Under the pieces are notes generated by a model. That model had not been told where the DNA came from and did not search any database. It was given only the letters and a program-made list of their open reading frames with translations. From positions 84,692,001 to 84,756,000 of the forward strand of contig NC_043004.1 in assembly GCF_006345805.1 (NCBI RefSeq): a DNA stretch of 64,000 nucleotides, read 5' to 3'. Shown here piece by piece: positions 1 through 13,895 of this stretch (position 1 is the stretch's first letter; each line of letters opens with the position of its first letter). Position numbers and translations under genes: made by a program. The stretch comes from Octopus sinensis (Eukaryota).

Positions 1-470
1 AAAGTACATTGTCTACCACCACCATCATCATCATCATCATCACCATTAACATCATCATCATCATCATCATCATTATCATCATCATCATCATCATCATCAT
101 TATCGTCATTATCATCACAGTATTCATCATCAGCAACACCACCAGCACCACCAGCACCACCAGCACCACCATTGCCAGCATCTTCAATGTAACCATCATC
201 ATCTCATCATCATGACTGCCGCCACACATACAAACAGTACTACCAACAACACCACCATCAACATCATCATCATAATCATGATCACAACAGCTGCCGCCAC
301 CACCAACACAACCACCACCAACATCGCCACCACTACCACCATCATCATCATTATCGTCATGATCGTCAAAGTCATCATCATCATCAGCAGCAGCAGCAGC
401 AGCACAGCCACCTTCCCAGTCGTCGTCAAGAATATAGCAACATTGAAAACAGAATGTACAGCAATCTAAT
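1..470. repeat. Compound trinucleotide low-complexity array (CAT/CAC/CAG/AAC)
   Basis: Runs of catcatcat, caccaccac and cagcagcag; the poly-I/T/M/V ORFs in the track are by-products. Confidence 0.95.
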
Positions 471-1211
471 AACGAAGATGATTGTGAAGTTGATAATTCC
501 CAATATCGATCCGTCTAACATTTCCATGGTTTCTCGCTTTCCATCAACCAATGAAATATAGTATTTATATATTTAATTCAATTTTAATACCTGACATAAC
601 ATAATTACAATAAGATAATTAAATAAATAAATAATTAATAACAAATATAGAAAACAGAATTTAATTGAAACAATTTCTATCAAAGACTATAAAGGCGAAA
701 AAGCAGAGAATAATCAAAGAAAAAAAAATAGACGTCAGATAATTAACGACGGTGAAAAATTAAACTATATGTGTATTTAAATATCGCTTAGATATGAGAT
801 GAAAGAAACATGGCAAAATGTTATATCTGATATACAGAAATAGAAGGAGGAGTGTTTATGACATATCAAAGACTACCATAGGAGAATTTAAATGAAATGC
901 GTTGGATTCAATGTTTCTGTAGATTTAGTAAAATGATTTTAAATATGCCACTTTAAGTCTCTTAAATTTTTTATGACCACTGAGCTGATTTGCGTTTCAA
1001 CCTTTCAAATGAACGCTTAGTAAATGAATACCAGTAATATGTACTAGTAATATGTAATATGTACTGATGAAGGTAATTTAATTTTCACGTAAATCATAAA
1101 CTAATTTTGAAACAAACTTATCTTAGAAGCATCAGTACGATACATTTTCAAGAAGAGAGCACTCACAAATGAACAAGAGAAAGCCATACGGAGCACAAAG
1201 ATGGAAAGAAA

Positions 1212-1613
1212 TATTCTTCTCTATTCTTGGCACAAGGCCCGAAATTTTGTAGTGCAATGGTCCAGTTCATTAGATCAATCTCAGTACGAAACTGTTACTT
1301 AATTTATCGACCACAAAAGGATTAACGGCAAAGTCGACCTTGGTGGAATTTGAACTCAGAACGTACAGACACACGAACGACCAATTTCTGTACTACCCAC
1401 AAGGGGCTAAACATAGAGAGGTCAAACAAGGACAGACAAAGAGAGTAAGTCGATTACATCGACCTCAGTGCGTAGCTGGTACGTATTTAATCGACATTGA
1501 AGGGATGAAAAGCAAAGTCGAAGTCGGCGGAATTTGAACACAGAATGTAGCAGCAGCCGAACTACCGCTAAGCATTTTATCCGACGTGCTGACGTTTCTG
1601 TCAGCTGGCCGCC
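1212..1613 (-). mobile_element. tRNA-derived SINE, family B, two units head-to-tail
   Basis: Minus strand has a B-box-like GAGTTCAAATTCC and the box GTCGACTTTGCC(T)TT(C)ATCC..GTCGAT twice; homologous to copies at 15.9, 25.5, 27.8 and 55.6 kb. Confidence 0.85.
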
Positions 1614-1739
1614 TTTTTGAAAAAAAAATTCTTTCATGAGAATATTACAGAGGAAATCTACGTAATAGTACGTAGATTGTGTGGTATATGCGCAATAATT
1701 CTTGTGTGTATACGTTTTACGAGGTCCGTGCATACATTT

Positions 1740-1764
1740 ATGCGTGACTATGTATATGCATATA

Positions 1765-1834
<70 letters not shown>

Positions 1835-1884
1835 CACACATATATATACATGTATATGGATATGTACATATATGTGTATATATG

Positions 1885-1946
<62 letters not shown>

Positions 1947-1988
1947 TGTATACATGCATATGGATATGTACATATATGTGTATATATG

Positions 1989-2039
<51 letters not shown>

Positions 2040-2100
2040 ATATATATGCATTCCATACATAAGCATTAACACGCACACACACAAACACGATCATAGGCAT
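1740..2100. repeat. (TA)n-based compound microsatellite with a duplicated ~110-bp unit
   Basis: (TA)n tracts separated by a repeated tggatatgtacatatatgtgtatatatgtatatac unit. Confidence 0.9.
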
Positions 2101-2594
2101 GTATATTGATATTTATGTGTGTGGCCGGGTATATGCACACGAAGGTGTACATAAAGGTATGTTACGGATAAGGGCCATCAGTGCGCTTGTGTTGAATTGC
2201 GATTGATTTAGAACATATTACGTTCATATTCAGTAAAACTTTAGCAAGTAATTTCAATGTAATGAACTTGTAACGAAGCGCATGATTTGTTTGAGATTAG
2301 ATCTTAGTAACGAGGCAATTAAATTGACAGTAATGGCTTATTTTTCTGAAGGAAGAACAAATAAATGATGTAACTTCCTGCATGTGATGTTTCTAAATTC
2401 TGAGATCATGAAGTAAACGGACGCTTCCAACAATGATTACTAGGATTTTAAGTGAAATAAATCGGTAATAAAAGGAAATCCACTTCATCGCCATTCCTAC
2501 ATTGCACATTATTTATTTTTAAGTGCCTGCAGTAAAAATACGCAGACGTACACCCAAATACATTACACAACGAAAATACCAGTGTACAAAACAG

Positions 2595-2641
<47 letters not shown>

Positions 2642-2738
2642 CGGGAAGCTTTATGAAAATAAACAAAAGACGAAGGCAGGTGGAAAGCAAACGAACAATT
2701 GTATTAGTATGGCGCTCAGGAAATATAAATAAAACAAG

Positions 2739-2776
2739 TCTTTAACGTTTCGAGCCTACGCTCTTCAACAGAAAGA
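2739..2776 (-). ncRNA. Minimal type-I hammerhead ribozyme-like motif (variant core CUGUUGA)
   Basis: Minus strand reads UCUUU-CUGUUGA-A-GAGC(GUAG)GCUC-GAAA-CGU-U-AAAGA: 5-bp stem I, 4-bp stem II, palindromic ACGU stem III, GUU cleavage triplet. Confidence 0.7.
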
Positions 2777-3009
2777 TACACAGAGAGAGAAAAACACAGA
2801 AAGAATGAGAGAAAAAAAATGCGTGCAGTATCTAACGAATCAACATGGCGATTTGATTTCGGCCAGAGGTCAAAGATCAAACATGAGACGCGAGAGCGAA
2901 ATAAGGGGAGATAATAGGGTTGATAAAAGTGTTGAGGGACCAGCTAAAAGTGCGTGGGAGGGGTCTGGATGTGTGTATGTATAGGGTTGGTGTATGTATT
3001 AGTATGTAT

Positions 3010-3046
<37 letters not shown>

Positions 3047-3426
3047 AGAGAGTATTAGTGCGTAAGATTGGTCTGGACGTGCGTATGTATGGGGTTGGTG
3101 TATGTATTAGTATGTATTAGTACGTATTGGTATGTATAGGTATGTGTGTGTGTGTGTGAGAGAGTATAAGTGCGTATGCGGGGTCTGGACGTGTGTATGT
3201 ATAGGGTTGGTGTAAGTATTAGTATGTACTAGTATGTATTAGTACGTATTAGTATGTATTAGTTGGTGTGTGTATTAGTATGGCACATCATATGTGATGT
3301 GATGTGTAAAGTCATGTGGTGTAGTGAGGAGAAGAGGGGGAGAAGAGGGGGGAGAAGAAGGGGGAGAAGGGGAGGGGAAGAAGAGGGGAGGAGAAGGGGG
3401 AAGAGGAGAGGAGGGGGAGAGGGGGG

Positions 3427-5436
3427 TTAGATGAGGAGGGGGGGAGAGTTGAGACAAAATGGCGTATAAGAGCGAAGAGAGAAGATTAATTCCTGTTCAC
3501 GGCGCAAACGGGAATCCGGATGGCCTCTGTGTAAGGACAAACCGAACACAGATAGGTGTTGCAAGGAGTGACCGGTGGAGCGGAAATGGCGTGAGACCGG
3601 TGTGTCATTCGCAAGGTGGATGTCACGAAGGTGTTCCGCGAACCGGTCAGCCAAGCGGCGTCCCATTTGTCCGATGTACAAGGAATTGCAGAGAGAGCAA
3701 GAGATGCAATAGATAATATTGCTGGAGGTGCAGGTGAAGGAGTGGATGATGGGATAGGGTCGATGGTGGGTGCTAGTGAGGCGGGTGGTGTTGGAGAGGT
3801 AAGGGCAAGTGTGGCAACGTGGGCGGGAGCAGGGGAACGAGCCGGGTTGGGAGGTAGGGTCAGGGAAGGAGCTATGGACCAAAAGGTCTCGAAGGTTGTG
3901 GGCTCGTTTGAAAGAGGGGAGGGGTCGGTTAGGGAAGAGGTGTGAAGTGGACGGGTCGGACTGGAGATGACGGAAAGCTCGAAGAATGGTGCGTTGGAGA
4001 CGTAGGGTCGTGGGGTGGTAAGTGAGGGGAAAAGGGAGGCGGGAGACTACAGGGCGGGTTCGGGGAGAGAGAGCAGATACACGGTCCACGGACCGTGCTC
4101 TGGCAAGGGCGGTGTGGATAGTGGTGAGGGGGTATCCACGTAGGGTGAAGTGGTGAGCCATACGTTGAGACTGAGTCTCAAAGTCATGGTCGTCACTACA
4201 GAGCCTACGTAGACGGAGGAATTGGGAATAGGGGATGGAAAGCTTGGTGTGTTCTGGGTTGGAGGAAGAGAAGTTGAGGTATGAGTGTTGGTAGTGAATG
4301 GAGGTGGTAAGAGTGGAGTGAAGAATGCTAACCGAAATGTCGAGGAAGGAGACAGAGGTGTTGGAGATAGTGGAAGTGAAGTGGAGGGCTGGATGGAAAG
4401 ATTGGACGAAAGAGAGGAAGGAATCTAGATGTTCGCGGGAGAGTGAGGTGGCACCGATAATGTCGTTTAAATAACGACCATATAGTTCAGGAGTGGGACC
4501 AGTGAAATTAGAGAATATTTGGGCCTCAACATAGCCAACGAACAGGTTAGCATAGTTGGGGCCCATTCACGTTCCCATGGCCACTCCCGAGATCTGATGG
4601 TAGAACTCGCCCGCGAACGAGAAGCAGTTCAGAGTAAGGACAAGTTCGGCCAGACGAATGAGTGTGGAGGTGTCAGGTACAGGGTTAGAGCGGAGGTCAA
4701 GAAAGTGTCGAAGGGCCTGCAGTCCTTCGTGGTGAGGGATAACAGTATAGAGGCTTTGGATGTCCATAGTAAAAAGGATTTTGGAGGAGCCGGGAGGAAA
4801 GGAGAAAGAGTTGAAAAGCCGGAGAGCATGGTTGGTATCGTGGATGTGGGAGGGAAGAGATGCCACTAGGGGGGCAAGGACATGGTCGAGGTATTTTGAG
4901 ATGAGCTCCGTGGGGCAGTTACAGGCGGAGACGATGGGGCGGCCAGGGTTGTTGTGTTTGTGGATTTTGGGGAGGAAGTAAATGGTGGGGGTACGTGGGG
5001 TTCGCACAATTTGGTAGGATGCGGTGCGGGGGAGACGGGAGGACGAGATGAGGTCTTGGACGGTAGAGGATACCGTCTGTTGGTAGCTACGTGTGGGGTT
5101 AGAGGGCAGAGGGGAATAGAAGGAGGTGTCATTGAGTTGGCGGAAAGCCTCGGCCCTATAGAGGTCCGCGCGCCACACCACTACAGCTCCACCCTTGTCA
5201 GCCGGTTTGATGATAATGTCAGCGCGCCGTTGGAGGGAACGAAGAGCCAAGAGCTCAGCCGGGGAGATGTTGAGGCGGCGTTGGCGCCTGGAGAAGTTGA
5301 ACCGCTCCAATGCATGCTGACAAGCGCCCGCGAAAAGATCCACTGCTAGGATCTGGCCAGGGGCAGGCGTCCACGGGGATGGTCGGCAGCCCAGGCCAGT
5401 GAAGCAGTCGTCTTCTTCGTGGGGTGTGGGTGGCGA
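3427..5436 (-). pseudogene. PLE RT-GIY-YIG ORF, copy 1 (5'-truncated, premature TGA, catalytic motif changed to YLND)
   Basis: ORFs 4567..5514 and 3427..4566 are in frame and split by TGA at GVAMGT*MGPNY (Arg in copy 2); RYLNDI replaces the expected RYIDDI; 12-nt deletion relative to copy 2. Confidence 0.9.
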
Positions 5437-5580
5437 ATATATATGTGTGTGTGTGAATGTATATATATATATATATATATATATACATACACACAAACAC
5501 ACACACAGAAGCATATATATATGTATTTATATATTTATACTTACATATACAGACATATCTTCATGCATACATACATACAC

Positions 5581-5630
<50 letters not shown>

Positions 5631-8600
5631 GCACATACATATGCAAACGAACGCGCACATATGTGCGCATGGCTGTATGCACATATAAATATGCATACAT
5701 ATATGTGTGCATATGCATGGATTCATACATACATACATACATTTTTGTGTGTCTGTTAGTCTCTCTGTCTGTATGCGTGTGGGCGGTAAATGCTTCCACC
5801 TTCACAATATTAATGCGTGTATATACGCTAAAATACTATTTGGTTCTTTTATAACACTTCGTTTTCATAAAGCCATTTAAATATTTTGGGCACTATAGGC
5901 CATTATATCTCCTCTACGGCACAGTTGAATATATGAATAGCTTTTAACGAAAGCTGTATGTAAATACACATATACGTTATTTGTATTTAGATATCAATAT
6001 CTTCGTAGCTTTAACTGAAATGAATTCAACTCAAATGAATTCAATATCACCCGCGACCGATTAACCGTTTTACTGCCCAAGAAAATACTGTGCTATTAAT
6101 CCTGTATTACTAAAATCTGATGTCATCTGCTACATCGATTTGTTTACGTAATATATGTGTATTTTTTGGAATAATTGTTTTTGATAGTTTGTCGGATAGA
6201 TAACAGATTTTCTTCTTTATTATGCTACAATATAGAATAAAACTAGAGACCGTTGGCAGTATTCTTTACTTAGAAATGTATAAACATTCTCCATTAATGC
6301 GCTATAGCTTCATGAGTAGAGAAAAAAGGATCAGGTTTTTTTGTCACAATATTTCCCTATGATTTCACCAGTTGCTAAATACACTCATTAACCGTCCAAT
6401 GAGACACCATTACTAAACCAGTTGTGTGTTTAAGTAGGATAGACAGAATGAATATATATTGCTCTGTGTTTTGGTGCTTATTTCATTTAATTACTGAGTC
6501 GCCAGGAATATTGTCTTTCAGAATTCTACAGTGCTACAGGAGATAATATTTAATCTTACAACTAGCAAGAGATTTCCCCTTACTTCTTAATTCATACTTT
6601 ATGTTATATCTTTTTCACTCCCTCTAACCTTAACTCATACGTATCACTTCTTTGATATGCCTTTCAATCTGATCGTTTTATGATGCATCTCTTATGATGG
6701 ACTCTCTTTCTCTGCGTACAATATTGCTTCCTTCAGATTTTCTCTGTCACACTCTCTGCCTATCAGTCCCTTACACTCTACGTGCATCAAGTGACTTAAA
6801 ATATAATTCCAAGCGTAGTCCTCAAATATAATCATAGAATATTATTTTCTTAATATATAATCACATTTGTGTATTAAAAGGTATTAAGAGTTATATAGAT
6901 GTATTAAGACACTACTTTCGTAAGAAATACACGAATTATGATATTGTTCGTATTTTCATTGCATTCTATAATTTCGTGACTAAAAATCTATATACTTTAA
7001 ATCTAGCTTACAACTTAAATGGATTATTGTGCAATCAGCATCAGGTAAAATAGGTCATCGCTGTTTGATGCAATTCATATGGCGCAGTGAATCTGCGCTA
7101 AATTACTTTAAACAAGCTTATGATTATGCTAAGCAAACATGTTCCTACTCCATCATTATTTCGAGACAATTTTCTGTGTGTAAGGATAAAAGCAAGCATA
7201 TTCTTAGTTTGAATAATGAGTATTTTCAGATATTGGTTATACATACGCGCATGCATATGGGGGGTATGTATGTATGTATGTATGTATGTATGTATGTATG
7301 TATTTATGTATGTAATTATTTTATTACCTCGATTTCGAAATTCCGAGAATAAAATTGGAACCAAAATCTCAACACGTTTTTTACGTAACTTTCTATGAGT
7401 ATACAATAATAATTAAACTGTTCACCTATAAAATTATCCTATCCCATAAATAAATAATAACTTGTTAACAGAGCCTTCTCCACATGTGGATGTGCATTAT
7501 GCGAATATAAATCTTCGTATATATAAATTGGAGCATTGGACAACGAATGCTTTCAAATAGTAAGATACATGAGTTTACAAACCATATAAGAGGGATTTCA
7601 TAATGAATCACATCGCAAATGAGTGTTGTATGTTTACTACAATGATGTTATTATCTATTACATGTAATTAGACTATATAAATAAATGAGCCATGAATGCG
7701 ATGGTAGTAAATTTGCATTTCGTACATTATAATCATCTGAAATATTCATTTCATTTATATAGAGAGAATGAGTATTACTTCGAAAAATATAGTGCTATTA
7801 CTTATGTTATATAGCAGGAAATAGCATGCGTAATATTATTCATAATTATGTGTTAAACTACTAGCACAATCTACTAGTTGGTCTAACAAGTGAATCGAAG
7901 TTATAGAAACAGAAAAAAATATTGTAAGTAACTTGTAGCACGACAACTGTTGAAATATTAGAGAGAGCATTAGCGCATTGGAATTAATAAAAAAGGCAAT
8001 TCTATGGATTATTTCTAAATGTCCAAGTATCCGCCCAGAAATTCTATTCACACAAAACTTATACAGGAATAACGGCAAACATTTTATTAAAAAATGGTGC
8101 CTAGTAACACCTTTTTACACATGTTCCGCCCTGGTGTGATCCGAGGGGGTTCTGCATTGAGTATATTGTAATTATTACAGAGTAAAAAAGTGATAATTAT
8201 ATTGGCATTTCCCTCCCTTCCTGATACATATTCAAAGCTGTGAATAGAACTATTTGAATCTATTAAAACTGAGCAGTAGACTTTTTTTTCTAAAGGCTAA
8301 CGCAAATCTGTTCCTCGTTTATTGGCATTAAACAAATGCTTGAGAAGAAACTAAATCTATCTTGCACAGCATTTATGTAGTTTTACTATTTCTACCTGAG
8401 TAAAGAAACTTTTGATAATATGGCCTACCAGCGTGATTCTCCGGGGCATTCAGCCAGTCAAATTACATAAATAACAGTATAAGGAAGAAACAAAAAAACT
8501 GAGTTTATTTTTATACCTTATTTGTATATAATAGTTGCCTATTTTGACATACTGACAATATTTTAAAGTCAACATTTATTTGTTTATTTTGGCCATGTGT

Positions 8601-9226
8601 TCAGGAATCATAATATAAAATATCAATAAACCTACATAGATATATCCAATGTACATGAACATACATCTCATTTGGTAAAATTCTTATATACTGTTAGCAA
8701 TATTTATCTTTAGCATCAAATTTACATATCAGCATGAAAGACATTTTTCATGAATTCTCTTTCCACGTTTATAGAAAAAGAAAGAATGTTATTCCTTATA
8801 GAAAAAAATTATTATTATGCTTTTAAAGCTACTCAGCTGTTTGTCAGGTATATCCATTATTCCTTTCCAAAGATACCAAACCATTCCTTGCGTATGTTTA
8901 TAGCTTTCCAATGAACCGTTGCCAGATATTTGTAAATGTAATTCTCGTCTCTGCTTATAATGCAACATAAGGCATTGTGTGCATGGATAGTCCTTTCTTT
9001 CATATATTCCGCGTTATTCCCGCTTCCTTTGCCCTCACCAATAACCTCATTCCTGCTAAAACGGGATGTTAGGTCATATGCGTCTTCATAAACCGATAGA
9101 CATCTACATTATTTCCAGCAGCAAACACACAACACCAACAATTCACAGCACAGGATGTCATCATTCATAGATTCGTTCCAATAGAAATCATAAAAGTATT
9201 CAGAATATATTACTAAAAGATAATAT

Positions 9227-9227
<1 letters not shown>

Positions 9228-9267
<40 letters not shown>
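9228..9267. repeat. (TATC)n tract abutting the LINE 5' end
   Basis: About 10 perfect TATC units directly before position 9268. Confidence 0.95.
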
Positions 9268-12200
9268 ACACCACCATCAACACAGAAGACGACAAGAGAA
9301 GCACACCAAGCTAATCCGTCATCAACCAAAAACCACTCGACACCTGGAAAAATACCAACACCACCATCAACAGCAAAACCCAAAGGAACAGAAAAACAAA
9401 GAAATCACACACAAACTGATCCCCCATCCCTTATACCGCACTCAACACACACAAACACTCAACAACCAACAACAACGAAAACAACAATACAACCACTTAC
9501 ACAGACATACATAGAAGCCCACAACATACCCCTACCCCCTTCTGATTCCTCAGAAATTTCGTCGGAAGACGAAACCAGTGAGGAATGGCAAATAGCTACA
9601 AAAAGAAGGAAAATAAAGAGCAGAGAAACACAACCAAACCAAATGCAAACACGAACAAAGCAGGGGGAAATACATCTCCCGAAGACATTTCAAAACCCAA
9701 CGCAAACAACAGCCACACCAACACCACAAAAACATATACAGCAAACATGCTCACAGCCATAGACACCAAAAACACAAATTTGATGGAATACATCCAATCA
9801 AAAACAACATAACAGAAGATGACATAAAAACAAACAACCACCCATACACAACACCACCAGACCACATCAAAATAATACACATCTCCAAAAGTCTGCACCA
9901 CACACTCAAAGGCATTTTCCCCAGTGCGGTTGGTAAATGCCAAAAATATCTCACAAAGAAACTGTACTGGATCTTCTCGAGGACAAACCAACGGAGGAGA
10001 AAGCAAAAACTTTCGAGGCAGTAAGTAACCCTCTGTATTCTAATTCATTAAACTATGATCAAGATTGGTTGTGTAAATGCGCGTGGCTTGGGGTCCCCTT
10101 GGAACAAGGGTACCTCTTAAATGACATAAAGTCAAATAAGTTAGAAATCATAGCCATAAGCGAGACCAGACTCCACAATCCGCGGGCCCTAAAGACCATG
10201 TTTGGCGGACAGTTCAACATTTATTTTTCCCCTGTCTGCCGAGAATGGGCGGTAGTGGCACCGCGTACTTTTTCACAAGAGTCTGGATCTCAATGTAGGA
10301 CAATATCGTAGACCCGGAGGGTAGACTGGTCGTCCTGGATGTCGACGACAGCAATGGGTGCGCTTTTCGGCTCGTATCAGTTTACGCACCGCCCTTAACA
10401 GGTCGGGCGGATTTCTTTCAACGTCTAGAAGTTTTCTGGGAACGTCTCGTCCTTTACTCTTAGTGGGGGATTGGAATGCTACCTTGGACACGCATGTAGA
10501 CTACGGGGTAGAGATAGGAATAGACGGGGATGCAAAAATGCCTCAGAGACCTGCGCAGACGCTTTCAACTGTCTGACAGGTTTCGACTAGACCCCCGAAT
10601 GCGCCAACGTGGACATGGAGCAACCGCATCGGGTCGTCGAGATCGTATCTAGAGATGGATACTGTGTAGGACAGTAGATAGAGATAGCATAGGATGTCCA
10701 CAATTCCACATAGTCAGCTACACGGATCACAAACTTGTGACATGTGACGCTAGACTTAGGTAAGACACTTAGGCAGGGTCCCGGATACTGGAAACTAAAG
10801 CGTCTTTCCATCGAGACAAGTTTTCAGGAGACCGGATTAGCACACTAGTAAAGAGGGCTTTGACGGGAGCCATCATCAACAACAAATGGTGGTTTGTCCT
10901 CAAGAGAGCAGAAAAGCAGAAGCGATAGGTTGGTACAGCAAAGCACTAGCCATAGATAGAAAATAGAGTAGAGGGTGAGCTAGTTAAGGAAGCTAGAAGA
11001 GGCAATTAGAAGCGGCATCGCATCCGACGTTTTGGCGGCGAGGTTGGCCCTCGACCAACCTCAACGCCAAACACGAAGGATGTGCTGTCAGAGCTAGGAA
11101 TGCGTGCTCTAAGGAACGAAGGTGTTGGAGCCGCGAGAGAGGCCCGGGTGGTGGCAGAGGCGCAACAGGGCAACAAAGCCACCCATTCGGTCACTGGTAG
11201 ATGAACAGGGGCGCGAATTGCTCGAGCCAAGTAAAATGTGTGAGGCCTTTCAGCAGCATTTTGCCCGACTGTTCGGAACGAGTGGAGGGCAAGAACGTAG
11301 GGTGGACTTCAGTGCCTACCTACATAGCCTACCACGACTCTCGACAAGAAAGGCAGGGTGCTGCGAAGTGCATCACGGCGGCGAGGAAGTCGGGAAGCGA
11401 TGGCAGAATGCTCGAGGGACAAATCCCGGGTTGGATGTCTACCCTACGAGCTTTACAATGGTATGCCAGACTTGTTTGGAGATATCTTGGCGGCGGTTGT
11501 ACTGCAACTGGCAGCAAAACGGGAGCATTTCTGGTTTTGTGAGCCGAGGAGCCGTAACACTGCTGGAAGAAAGAAAATCTAAACAAGGGAAATGTAATAG
11601 ATAATATTTAGGCCATCACTCGCTTAATGCAGACTTGAAAATTTTGGCCAAAGGTGCTAGCCAAGAGGTTGGCGCTTGTCATCGGAGAAACTGGTCGGAC
11701 AAGGCGCAAAACATGCGCCGTGCAGGTGCCAGGCCGGACAATCATAGACAGGGTAGTTAAACGAACGCTGGCATGGGTGGGGCCCTGATCAACTTGGATC
11801 AATCAAAAGCCTTTGATAGGGTAGACCATCGACTTGGAGGCAGTCCTGAGAGCGGCTGGTTTTCGGCCCGTCTTCCGCGGCTGATAGCTGCCTTGTACAG
11901 AGGCATCCGTTCGTAATTCGCGTAAATGGACATCTATCGAGACCTTTCGACATTGCACGTTCGGTCCGTCAGGGATGCCCCCTCTCGGCGCTTCTATACG
12001 TATGACTCTTGAGCCACTACTGCGGAAGCTGGCGACTCTAAGGGGCATCCCGCGAGAATTGGGATGCGGGACGAGCGTGTCTGCATACGCGGACGACGTC
12101 ACCGTCATAGTGTCTAGCCACGAGCACATCGAGCTGGTCGGCGAGACAAGAAAAACTACGAAGCGGGTACAGGAGCGAAATCAACCGGAAAAGTCAGTGG

Positions 12201-13844
12201 GCTGCGACTAGGCACCTATAAAGCAAGCCCATGCCGTCCACCAGCGCCCCGTCGTGGGACGCTGGACCGACGGCCCGGTTGAGTTGCTCGGGGTCTGGTT
12301 TGGTCCGCCTCCAAGTGGAGAAGAACTGGAACGAGATAACGAGTAGGGTGGTGACTCTCGCCCGGCAATGGGCCGAGAGGAAACTGTCCCTAAAAGGTCG
12401 AGCGGAGGGTGGCGAACACGTACATCGCGTCCTCATCTACTACCGCCTGACCGTCGTACCTTGTCCCGACCTACCATCACCAAACTACAACGCATCCTCT
12501 TTCGCTTCTTGTGGAAAGGATCGTCCCGATGGTCAGGCGATCCATTTGCGGTCAACACCCGTTAAAAGGAGGGCTGGGCATGCCGTGGTTGATGAATGCG
12601 CAGACACGCGACTGAGACTGCGACATCTCTGGCTCTATGTAGACGACGTGAACAAGTTGGGTCGCCGTTTGTGAGGCACGCTTTCCCGCAGCTCGTCTCC
12701 ATGACCGAACTGCAGTCGTGGATCAAAAAGAGTCCGAGAAGGCGATGGCACGCGAGTGTCGCGTTGCTCTCAAGCAAGTATGCGTCCTGGGTCGACCTTA
12801 AGTGACTTCAACAACCAACCATTCTATAGGGGTTTAGTGGAGGGGAGGTACGACGACGAGTCGGGGCGAACCTGGACGTCGACGAGGAGTACCTGACCCG
12901 CCTGTTCGGGACGACTTCGGCCAGGGCCATGGACAACTTCAGAGATCCTGCCTGGCAGTGCTACCGAGAAGCGCTACCCGTTCGGAGATAAGCTCTACAG
13001 ACACGGCTCGAGAAAACACGGCCGACCTGCCCGAGATGCGGTCAGAGCGACGAAACCGTTCTGCACGCACTCGTTCAGTGTCCAACAATTTCCGACCTGG
13101 GGCTTATGTCGAACAACTGCTGTCACGTGTGGGACGAGTCGGTTATTCAGCTGAGTCTATCGTCAATATTGTCACGCCTCCTCCTTCAAACGGGAAGGAA
13201 GAGTATTTCATCATCCTGTGGCTATGGCGAAGAATGTATCTGTGGACGCGTCTGAAGGATTGGAGACAAACCTTTCCTCTCTGTCAATCTCTCATCAACT
13301 TCTTCAAGTACCACTGAAAAGGAAGTGAGAGTAGAGAGGCAAGTTTTGTCTAGCGAATGTTTTAAAAAAAGATGGTGAATGTTGCAAGAATGGCACGTAT
13401 GAATGACGAAGCCACTTGAGCATAGTCCTATGAACCCAGAAATCGAAAACAGAGAGTTACTATTTGCAAAAAAAAAAAAAAAAAAAAAAAAAAAAGAAAT
13501 ATAAAATGTGACTTCATTGACCGAGGTTACCGTGGTCTTGTCCGTAGGCTTTTCTTTCCACGGGTAAACCTCACCTGTCCGCCCCTTTACCTTCATATTG
13601 ACATTTCTGTGATAACGATCCCTATTGATCATTTTTTTTTTTTTTTTTCCTCTCCCCTTTTTTTTTTTTTTTTTTTTTTTTTTAACCCCCCTTTTTTTTT
13701 GTCCTCCTTCTCTCCTTTTACGATCCTTTTGATCGAACCTTCCACGTTCTATTTTTTTTTTTTTTTTTAATACCTTCAAAAGAAAAGCTCTACCTTGTAA
13801 TTTGTTCTATCTGTGTGCAGCCCTGTGTGGCTAATAAAGAAACA
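9268..13844 (+). mobile_element. Tx1/L1-clade non-LTR retrotransposon, 5'-truncated within ORF1
   Basis: ORF1 remnant (EEWQIATKRRK); ORF2 starts at ATG 10055 (MIKIGCVNARGLGS); APE motifs (ISETRL, LVGDWNA, SYTDHKLV); RT motifs (SVRQGCPLS, AYADDVT); C-terminal CPRC..ETVLHALVQC; AATAAA at 13833 followed by (TATC)n. Confidence 0.9.
10055..13433 (+). pseudogene. ORF2 (APE endonuclease + reverse transcriptase + CCHC zinc finger), multiply frameshifted as assembled
   Basis: Domain motifs are collinear but spread across frames; the breaks I checked are single-base deletions rather than nonsense substitutions. Confidence 0.85.

Positions 13845-13895
<51 letters not shown>

Larger units (their letters stand above)
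2641..5436 (-). mobile_element. Penelope-like element (PLE), 5'-truncated copy 1, flanked by (TA)n on both sides
   Basis: RT motifs (YFLPKIHK..PGRPIVS, FTMDIQSLYTVIPH, SGVAMG) plus GIY-YIG endonuclease (NIIYCISCSLCNSLYIGQ..RRLADRFAEH); nearly identical to 35537-38530. Confidence 0.95.

Noticed and set aside
9-469. Poly-Ile/Thr/Met/Val ORFs
   Set aside because: Translations of trinucleotide repeats; no domain content.
1422-2109. YI/IY/HT/CV-repeat ORFs here and at many other (TA)n or (TG)n tracts
   Set aside because: Dinucleotide repeats lack stop codons in several frames; artefacts.
2955-3290. Telomere-like TAGGGTT words in the PLE 3' UTR as evidence of telomere targeting
   Set aside because: Isolated words, not TTAGGG arrays; the element has its own GIY-YIG endonuclease and lies at internal TA sites.
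3459-5349. Plus-strand ORFs overlapping the PLE copies
   Set aside because: Antisense shadows of a GC-rich ORF, duplicated only because the element is duplicated.
7029-7352. ORF with TPR-like ALNYFKQAYDYAK
   Set aside because: No splice context, runs into a microsatellite, single short resemblance.
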